DNA of 24,597 nt, taken from the IMG/VR virus record IMGVR_UViG_3300022777_000060, one strand, 5' to 3'. How positions within the stretch are numbered: the stretch's first letter is position 1; each line of letters starts with the position of its first letter. Below the pieces are notes generated by a model that saw nothing but the letters and a program-made list of their open reading frames with translations, searched no databases and was not told the origin of the DNA. This document shows, one piece after another, positions 1-5,339 of the stretch. The position numbers and the translations under genes are program-made. This stretch comes from a virus.

Positions 1-287
1 TCGTTCTCTTTTTGTTCGCTTACTTTTCTTCCATATTTTGCTGCAGCCGTATGGCTTACATCAGCTTTTTCCTCGATCTCACTATAACTATGTCCTTGTT
101 TTCGCAGCTTTCTTATTTGCTCTATTTTTTTATCGGGTAACTTGTGCTGCTTTTTGCCGATGTCTTCAAGTCCTTCTTGCTTGCAGTGGTAGCTTATCGT
201 TCCCTTTGAACAACCAAGCTCTTCTTCTATTTCGTCATATGTTTTGTCTTGCTTTCGTAGTTTTACTATCTCTTCTTTGTAAGACAT
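1..287 (-). CDS. HTH-repeat protein, N-terminal part of a probable homing endonuclease (runs off the left edge); paralog of 21069..21767
   Basis: Manual translation MSYKEEIVKLRKQDKTYDEIEEELGCSKGTISYHCKQEGLEDIGKKQHKL... shares CSKGTISYHCKQEGLEDIGKKQ exactly with the 21069..21767 protein; absent from the ORF track because it is truncated. Confidence 0.85.
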   Translation of the reverse strand, partial: MSYKEEIVKLRKQDKTYDEIEEELGCSKGTISYHCKQEGLEDIGKKQHKLPDKKIEQIRKLRKQGHSYSEIEEKADVSHTAAAKYGRKVSEQKEN

Positions 288-376
288 GGCAGTTTTTTAC
301 TTGAACCCGATTCATTATTATATATGTTCGTGAGTTCAAATGTTCGGGTTCAAAAACAGTTTTACATAGTTTTCAA
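288..376 (-). promoter_or_regulatory. Conserved endonuclease leader: (T/C/A)(T/C)GAAC repeats, TATATAA box, inverted GTTCAA
   Basis: Aligns along its length with 21768-21859. Confidence 0.7.
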
Positions 377-404
377 CCGCTCTGTCCAACTGAGCTACGA
401 GGCA
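377..404 (-). pseudogene. 5' half of a tRNA (Arg-like, D-loop GGACA/A20), cut at the anticodon stem
   Basis: TGCCTCG TA GCTC AGTTGGACA GAGC GG followed by non-tRNA leader. Confidence 0.8.
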
Positions 405-410
405 TTGTTG

Positions 411-485
411 CTCCCCCGGCAAGATTCGAACTCGCGACACCCGGCTTCGAAGGCCGGTGCTCTGTCCAGGCTGAGCTACGGGGGA
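411..485 (-). tRNA. tRNA-Arg(TCG)
   Basis: Full cloverleaf; anticodon arm CCGGC-CT TCG AA-GCCGG. Confidence 0.95.
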
Positions 486-490
486 ATGTG

Positions 491-568
491 TGGTAGGGAG
501 AGCGAGATTCGAACTCGCGACTTCCTGCTCCCAAAGCAGGGGCTCTGACCGTGCTGAGCTATCTCCCT
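491..568 (-). tRNA. tRNA-Pro(TGG), CCA encoded
   Basis: CCTGC-TT TGG GA-GCAGG; acceptor AGGGAGA/TCTCCCT-A-CCA. Confidence 0.95.
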
Positions 569-580
569 ATCAAGGTGTGA

Positions 581-588
581 TTATATAT
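581..588 (-). promoter_or_regulatory. ATATATAA box (putative phage late-type promoter)
   Basis: Recurrent motif; here 12 nt upstream of tRNA-Pro. Confidence 0.55.
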
Positions 589-642
589 GTCAAAGATCGT
601 CTTTTGTTCCGAGTGCCCTGTCTTCTTCACAGAACCTTTTTG

Positions 643-715
643 CTGCTCGGCAAGGACTCGAACCTTGAACCTCGTGGTCCAGAGCCACGTGCTCTGCCAG
701 TTGAGCTACCGAGCA
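643..715 (-). tRNA. tRNA-Gln(CTG)
   Basis: CGTGG-CT CTG GA-CCACG; U1:A72, G73. Confidence 0.95.
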
Positions 716-834
716 GTGTTTGCGGGATTTGAACCCGCGATTCCATATTTCAGGCGGAGTTCCAAGCCTCTTCTTTCTTTTGCTTGATTGCGATTGCCGT
801 CACAACCGCAAGCCGCTTTCGCGAAAGCGAGCAA
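716..834 (-). ncRNA. Candidate structured RNA: three-way junction followed by a tRNA-like variable arm and T-arm
   Basis: Palindrome 814-829, hairpin 788-811, closing stem TTGCT/AGCAA; T-arm GCGGG-TTCAAAT-CCCGC at 722-738. Confidence 0.45.
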
Positions 835-835
835 G

Positions 836-1093
836 TCAAAGGTCGTTGAGCATTTCGCGAGCACTTTCGGCTTTGTTTTCGTGAAACTCAATATATTCTC
901 GAATCGCCTCGCGAACTTCCTCTTCGTCACGACCACTTCCAACCACACGATCAATGAAGTTCTTGCGGTTTCCCGTGACAAAATGTTCGTATCGGGTGTA
1001 TCCGTCTTTTGAAGTCGAACCCGCCTGAAAGTAGATTCTCGGCGGTTCTTTCGAGTTCGGATCTCCCGAGTAAATCATCCACTGCCGATCCAT
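836..1093 (-). CDS. Hypothetical phage protein (85 aa, start MDRQW)
   Basis: ORF track 836..1216 with the start moved downstream of tRNA-Pro. Confidence 0.75.
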   Translation of the reverse strand: MDRQWMIYSGDPNSKEPPRIYFQAGSTSKDGYTRYEHFVTGNRKNFIDRVVGSGRDEEEVREAIREYIEFHENKAESAREMLNDL

Positions 1094-1128
1094 GATCACA
1101 AAATGTCGAATCCAAAAGAACAAAACAG

Positions 1129-1203
1129 TCGAGCGGGTAGGATTTGAACCTACGGCTCCGTGCTCCCAAAGCACGCGCTCTGACCAGACTGAACTACCGC
1201 TCG
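1129..1203 (-). tRNA. tRNA-Pro(TGG), second copy
   Basis: CGTGC-TT TGG GA-GCACG; C1:G72, A73. Confidence 0.95.
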
Positions 1204-1370
1204 TCAAAGTCTTCAAGATCCTCTTGCATATCCTCCACGTCTTCCTGAATGTCCTCCATTTCTTCGTTCATCTTCCACATGATGATCCACTGGAAGACCT
1301 CAACAACGAAGAGGAACAGTCCAGCAACAATGCCAAGCTGATCGAGAAATACCCAAAATGGCGTATCCAC
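1194..1370 (-). CDS. Small single-TM protein with acidic tail (58 aa)
   Basis: Manual translation (GTG start) VDTPFWVFLDQLGIVAGLFLFVVEVFQWIIMWKMNEEMEDIQEDVEDMQEDLEDFDER*; stop lies inside tRNA-Pro. Confidence 0.65.
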   Translation of the reverse strand: MDTPFWVFLDQLGIVAGLFLFVVEVFQWIIMWKMNEEMEDIQEDVEDMQEDLEDFDER

Positions 1371-1417
1371 AAAAAGTCATTTGACAAAATGTTCGTCGTA
1401 ACCATTTTGGAGGAAAG

Positions 1418-1510
1418 TCGGACGGGATGGATTTGAACCACCGATGGACCCTTTCGGAATCTTCTGCTTTACAGGCAGATGGCTTCGACCAAGCTTACCT
1501 CTACCGTCCG
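1418..1510 (-). tRNA. tRNA-Tyr(GTA), atypical (C1:G72, irregular D-arm, long variable arm)
   Basis: TCTGC-CT GTA AA-GCAGA; acceptor CGGACGG/CCGTCCG-A; T-arm GGTGG-TTCAAAT-CCATC. Confidence 0.8.
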
Positions 1511-1515
1511 AATGT

Positions 1516-1641
1516 TGTCCGTATGGGGCCTGTTGAACTAAACACCCTTGCACTCCCACAGGCCAGCGGGGGGCCGATTCGCTATTCAGCATGTTCGTTT
1601 TGAACGAACATCAGCATAGCCATATCTCCATCGTACGGACA
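1516..1641 (-). ncRNA. Candidate 126-nt structured ncRNA of unknown class
   Basis: Terminal stem TGTCCGTA/TACGGACA; internal helices GGCCTGT/ACAGGCC, GCTAT/ATAGC, ATGTTCGTT/AACGAACAT; strand assumed from context. Confidence 0.55.
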
Positions 1642-1678
1642 CCGGGAGTTTTGGCGTCGGGATTTCACGCGTCTGTCG

Positions 1679-1712
1679 TGGATCGGGGAGGATTTGAACC
1701 TACCGAAGCACA
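1679..1712 (-). pseudogene. 3' remnant of an older tRNA-Tyr (variable-arm end, T-arm, acceptor 3' strand)
   Basis: TGTGCTTCGGTAGGTTCAAATCCTCCCCGATCCA aligns with the 3' end of the adjacent tRNA-Tyr, TGTGCTATGTGGGTTCGATTCCCTCCTAGCCCA. Confidence 0.75.
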
Positions 1713-1719
1713 AATAAAG

Positions 1720-1803
1720 TGGGCTAGGAGGGAATCGAACCCACATAGCACATAGGCAAGTGATTTACAGTCACCTGGACTCACCACACTGTCCAACTAA
1801 CCC
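1720..1803 (-). tRNA. tRNA-Tyr(GTA), bacterial type
   Basis: GGTGA-CT GTA AA-TCACT; G1:C72, A73, long variable arm. Confidence 0.92.
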
Positions 1804-2036
1804 TGTTTGTTTTCTCTTACTGAGTAATAGTACTCTTCCCAAGTGTCTCCAACTTGTTCTTCAAAAGTTTCTATGTCTTCCTTACCGATTTTTCCAGCGT
1901 GAAACAACCTATGGCAGTTTGGGCAAAGATAAGAGAGATTTTCGTGTCTATGCGGATTTTCAATCTCTCTTCCTTCTATATGGTGCAAATCTCCATGTGC
2001 TTCATTCCAACCACATCTACAACACCGATAATCCAT
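1797..2036 (-). CDS. HNH endonuclease (79 aa)
   Basis: CxxCG...LHHI...N(L)...LCPNCHRLFH motif; TAG stop lies in the tRNA-Tyr acceptor stem. Confidence 0.88.
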   Translation of the reverse strand: MDYRCCRCGWNEAHGDLHHIEGREIENPHRHENLSYLCPNCHRLFHAGKIGKEDIETFEEQVGDTWEEYYYSVRENKQG

Positions 2037-2037
2037 G

Positions 2038-2334
2038 TTATCTGCGCCGAATGTCAATGGCTTCTCCAGTGCGAATGAACACGAAGCTCTGAGCTAGCTC
2101 AAGCGAGCCGCTAATCGCTTCCAGCACAGGCGTCGGGGCAAGCCCAACGATCGTCTGAACGGTGCTCTTGACCTTCGCTGGCGTTCCAACACGAGCGGCA
2201 TTCCGAAGCATCGAAAGCGCCCTGTCTCCAGCCATCGTGTGGTCGAGACTGTCGACTCTGGATTCAAGCATTTCTTCGTCGTTCAGAACCGAATCCATGA
2301 GATCGTCCATCATTTCTTCCTTTTGCGTGTCCAT
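2038..2334 (-). CDS. Hypothetical protein (98 aa)
   Basis: ORF with acidic N-terminus, downstream of an ECF-like promoter. Confidence 0.75.
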   Translation of the reverse strand: MDTQKEEMMDDLMDSVLNDEEMLESRVDSLDHTMAGDRALSMLRNAARVGTPAKVKSTVQTIVGLAPTPVLEAISGSLELAQSFVFIRTGEAIDIRRR

Positions 2335-2379
2335 AAGTGGCTGGAAGTTGGTTGGAGCTTCTGTCGAATTTCCACCTGC

Positions 2380-2408
2380 TTACACGCGCAAGTCAGCACT
2401 TTGTTTCA
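2380..2408 (-). promoter_or_regulatory. ECF-sigma-like promoter TGAAAC-N16-CGTGTAA
   Basis: One of three copies with identical spacing. Confidence 0.65.
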
Positions 2409-2435
2409 CGACTTCACTCGGATTCACACAAACTC

Positions 2436-2477
2436 AAAAACCCTCCGCTTTCCGCGCCTTTCCGGAAAAACAGAGGG
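2436..2477 (-). terminator. Rho-independent terminator
   Basis: 13-bp stem CCCTCTGTTTTTC/GGAAAGCGGAGGG followed by TTTTT. Confidence 0.7.
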
Positions 2478-2504
2478 AGATTGAAGAGGCGCGGAGATAG
2501 CGTG

Positions 2505-2552
2505 TCAGCCGTTCACGGGTTCTTGCCGATATTTGCGCCGTTGGACAGTCAT
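2505..2552 (-). CDS. Putative 15-aa micropeptide MTVQRRKYRQEPVNG
   Basis: Lies between the TATATAA box (2579-2585) and the terminator, with an A/C-rich leader. Confidence 0.35.
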   Translation of the reverse strand: MTVQRRKYRQEPVNG

Positions 2553-2616
2553 GATTGTGTGTTTCGCTAACTCATTTATTATATAGGCCGCCGAATCCTA
2601 ACTTTCATTGAAGAAA

Positions 2617-2823
2617 CTATGAGATGCGCTGTGCGGCCGTCGGCCACTCACGCTCCAGCTCTTCAAGCCGCTCTTCCATTTCGCCAATGTCCGACTGAAT
2701 CCGCTGCCGGTTCCACGGCGACTCAATGCTATCAAGAGCGCTGCGCTTGCCTCGAATCGAGCCGCGAAGAACGGCCATTCGAGCAGCGGCTTCTTTTGTG
2801 GAGTCGACTTCGCGACGCTTCAT
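2617..2823 (-). CDS. Hypothetical coiled-coil protein (68 aa)
   Basis: ORF track; downstream of an ECF-like promoter. Confidence 0.75.
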   Translation of the reverse strand: MKRREVDSTKEAAARMAVLRGSIRGKRSALDSIESPWNRQRIQSDIGEMEERLEELEREWPTAAQRIS

Positions 2824-2859
2824 GATCTTTGAGGTCGGTTCATTTGATAACGCACCCCT

Positions 2860-2888
2860 TTACACGCGCCAAGCGAACAAGTGTTCCC
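2860..2888 (-). promoter_or_regulatory. ECF-sigma-like promoter GGGAAC-N16-CGTGTAA
   Basis: One of three copies with identical spacing. Confidence 0.65.
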
Positions 2889-2903
2889 GCCTTCACAGAA
2901 AGT

Positions 2904-4535
2904 TTATGTCGTCGTTACGGAAATCTCGCTGCTTTCTACGGTCTTGCCAGCTCCGGTCACTCTTCCGACGTAATAGTATGTCGTAGCGGAAGAAAGCCCG
3001 TCGTGCGTCCAAGACTCAGTTGAAGAAAGATTCGCGACTTCAGTTTCGGTAAATGTCGCAACCGTCTCGTCATAAGGGCCGCCAGAAGAAGTTCCAGCGA
3101 CAACCTCATACTCGTCAGCGATTGATGGATCTCCAAACGTGATATCACCGGACACGCTGCTTGAAGTTTGTCCAGTTGAAGAAACAGTCGGGCCGCTTGC
3201 TGCTTCAAGTCCAGAACGAACAAGCCCGTCTGTGAGCTTCGGAAATCGCTTGAGAGTCTTGAAGTCTCCGGTGTAAGGCTCGTCCATGTTTGACGTTTCG
3301 CCACCTGTGACAGAGCCTCTATCAACTCCAAGCCGAACCGTTCCGTCTTGATCGTATGTGAAGTCATACGCCTTTGACGCTGAAGTTCCGTTCACGTTGA
3401 GGTTGAGCGTTCCTTCCGACGTTCCAGCTTCAATCGCCAGCTCATTTGCCGACTGGTCAAACGGAACCCGAACCTCTTGGCCGTCTCCCTTGATGAAGAA
3501 AAGATCCGATACGTAACGGTGATACGTTATGAGCTTGCCCTGCCACACATTCGCAAAGCGAAATGGCCCGTTGAAGTTGTTACTGTCAAACTCTGAGTCG
3601 TCAAGGTCTTTCGTCAACGTTGAGCCGTCCCACTTCCAAACTCCGTCGCTTTCGAAAAATCCGAAACGTCCTGCCATATACAAGTCTCCGTCCCAAACGT
3701 GAAAACTGCTCAAATAGCTGCAAGCAGTTCCCTGAAAGTTCCACGTGTCAGCTTGCTTGTCGTATGTCCAGAACTGTCCGCTTTGCGTTCCTGCCACAAG
3801 CGTTCCATCATAAGAACCAAGCGCCACAAATCCGTTGAAGCTGTTTCCAGCGCTTCCTTGCGTTGAAGTATCGATCGCGGCGAACTCTTGCCAGCCGTTT
3901 GTCGGGTCGTAAGAAAGAATGTGGGCAGGCGGCCCTTCGTCATCAACCGCGAGATAAAGCGTTCCCTCGAAGACGCAAAGTCCCCAAGGAAACCCGTCAG
4001 AGAGGAAAGTGAAGTCGCCGCTTTGCAAAAAACTTTCATCCCAAGTGTTTCCGTCGTATTGCGTTACACTGGCGTTATTACCATTCGCCATATATGCGTT
4101 TCCATTGTAGACGACAAAGGATACGTAATACTCACTGGATGCGGTGTGGGGATTTGTCCAGCTTGAACCGTCGTATCGCCAAACCTCTCCGTTCTGAACA
4201 GTCACGTAAAGATCGCCGTCGTAAATACCGAGGCTATCGGGAAATCCGCTGAAAGACTTCGAAACTGTCCACGACGAGCCGTCCCAAAAGAGCACTTCGC
4301 TGTTGTTACCATTCTTCACCCAGAGATTTCCTTTGTAGTTGATTGCGTTTGGAAAGTTATGAGTTGCACTAGGGTTTGTGTTTCCGGAAATGCTGCTCCA
4401 TCGCCGCCATCCTTCAGAACTACTTGAGATTGTCGCGACAAATTGTCGCGACAATCTCATCGTCTTGGTTCCAGACGCGAAGCCCGTCAGACTCAATGAG
4501 CGTTTGTGGCTTTCCTTTGAGATCATCTGGATCAA
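2904..4535 (-). CDS. Adhesin/receptor-binding-like protein B, C-terminal part (beta-propeller, LamG half, FN3); coding frame joins 4420..4863 at about 4441
   Basis: YDGxxW blade repeats; C-terminal FN3 (HDGLSSATTYYY); paralogous to 5332..8178. Confidence 0.8.
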   Translation of the reverse strand: MIQMISKESHKRSLSLTGFASGTKTMRLSRQFVATISSSSEGWRRWSSISGNTNPSATHNFPNAINYKGNLWVKNGNNSEVLFWDGSSWTVSKSFSGFPDSLGIYDGDLYVTVQNGEVWRYDGSSWTNPHTASSEYYVSFVVYNGNAYMANGNNASVTQYDGNTWDESFLQSGDFTFLSDGFPWGLCVFEGTLYLAVDDEGPPAHILSYDPTNGWQEFAAIDTSTQGSAGNSFNGFVALGSYDGTLVAGTQSGQFWTYDKQADTWNFQGTACSYLSSFHVWDGDLYMAGRFGFFESDGVWKWDGSTLTKDLDDSEFDSNNFNGPFRFANVWQGKLITYHRYVSDLFFIKGDGQEVRVPFDQSANELAIEAGTSEGTLNLNVNGTSASKAYDFTYDQDGTVRLGVDRGSVTGGETSNMDEPYTGDFKTLKRFPKLTDGLVRSGLEAASGPTVSSTGQTSSSVSGDITFGDPSIADEYEVVAGTSSGGPYDETVATFTETEVANLSSTESWTHDGLSSATTYYYVGRVTGAGKTVESSEISVTTT

Positions 4536-4863
4536 CCTTCAAAGCGACGCTTTGAGAAACCGAAGAAGACACGTCGTCATTCGTTGAAACGTCCAACTCA
4601 TAACCGTCGTCGATGCCGTCCCATTTCACAGTCGGGTTGCCTTGCCCGTCAGTTACAAGAGAGCCACCTTCAACGATTTTTGCCTTCAGCCCGTCTGGTG
4701 CGCTCGTGTTTCCGGTAGGCCCCGACTGATTGCGAAACTGAACCAACCCGTCAGCGGTTGAACTATTTTGTGTGACGAAAGACACAACAGCGCCAGAGCC
4801 GATTTCGGATGGGCTAAACGTTTGTGTTGCGTCGTCGTCTGTTCGTTGAACGTCAATGCTCAT
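4420..4863 (-). CDS. Adhesin/receptor-binding-like protein B, N-terminal part (frameshifted by a 13-bp duplication)
   Basis: Collinear with the first ~145 aa of 5332..8178 (IGSGxVVSFVTQ, KIVExGSL, DDLKGxPQT, ATI). Confidence 0.8.
   Translation of the reverse strand: MSIDVQRTDDDATQTFSPSEIGSGAVVSFVTQNSSTADGLVQFRNQSGPTGNTSAPDGLKAKIVEGGSLVTDGQGNPTVKWDGIDDGYELDVSTNDDVSSSVSQSVALKVDPDDLKGKPQTLIESDGLRVWNQDDEIVATICRDNLK
4425..4459. repeat. 35-bp inverted repeat formed by a 13-bp tandem duplication within a 22-bp palindrome
   Basis: TGAGATTGTCGCGACAA-A-TTGTCGCGACAATCTCA. Confidence 0.95.
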
Positions 4864-4883
4864 TTCTGTTTGATTGTGATTTG

Positions 4884-5339
4884 CTATTCAATGCTCCAAG
4901 TCAAGTCAGAGTCTTCCGTGCCGCCTTCATCTTCGATTGACCACGTGAGATCGCTTGTGGACGTGTCAGAGAGGTCTTCGATGCCCCAAGCCAAGTCGTA
5001 CTCTGCAGTTGAAGTTGTCGGAGCGAACACGGTGGCCACGCCGGAAAATGGCGTGTCCCCTCCATTTGTATCTATCACTTTGGCTTTGTATTCATACGTT
5101 ACTGGATCCAATCCACTGTCGCTCCAACTTGCTGTTGTGTTGGTTGTTGAAACTTCTTGAACTTTCGAGAACGAAGACGCACTTTGTTTTTTTTCGGAAG
5201 ATTTCGTACCGTTGAAAGTTCCAGTGAATGTCGTTCCATCCACAGAAACCGTTCCACTAACGGAAGTTCCAGAACGGTTCGCCGAGATCGTCGGTGCGCT
5301 GCTTTGTTGATACTCTGCAGCCGCCGAAACTTCACTCAC
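4884..5339 (-). CDS. FN3-like protein with three C-terminal DLxWxIE repeats; probable continuation of 5332..8178
   Basis: WSDSGLDPVTYEYKAKV FN3 signature; repeats YDLAWGIED/SDLTWSIED/SDLTWSIE. Confidence 0.75.
   Translation of the reverse strand: MSEVSAAAEYQQSSAPTISANRSGTSVSGTVSVDGTTFTGTFNGTKSSEKKQSASSFSKVQEVSTTNTTASWSDSGLDPVTYEYKAKVIDTNGGDTPFSGVATVFAPTTSTAEYDLAWGIEDLSDTSTSDLTWSIEDEGGTEDSDLTWSIE

Noticed and set aside
288-376. CRISPR array or iteron-type origin
   Set aside because: The repeats are only 6 nt, irregularly spaced and tied to nuclease leaders.
716-770. tmRNA 3' end
   Set aside because: The T-arm resembles it, but the acceptor strand lacks the Ala G3:U70/CCA end and no matching 5' end or tag ORF was found.
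706-981. ORFs 706..981, 1377..1592, 16463..16663, 17838..18161, 19481..19678 and 22208..22519
   Set aside because: They are alternative-frame or tRNA-spanning ORFs with atypical composition, and better-supported features occupy the same DNA.
1516-1641. Hammerhead ribozyme, 5S rRNA or SRP RNA
   Set aside because: The conserved cores (CUGAnGA/GAAA, the 5S loop sequences, the SRP GNRA domain) are not present as required.
1679-1712. Integrase att-site duplication
   Set aside because: The duplicate is diverged, lies only 7 nt from the tRNA, and no integrase is in the window; not fully excluded.
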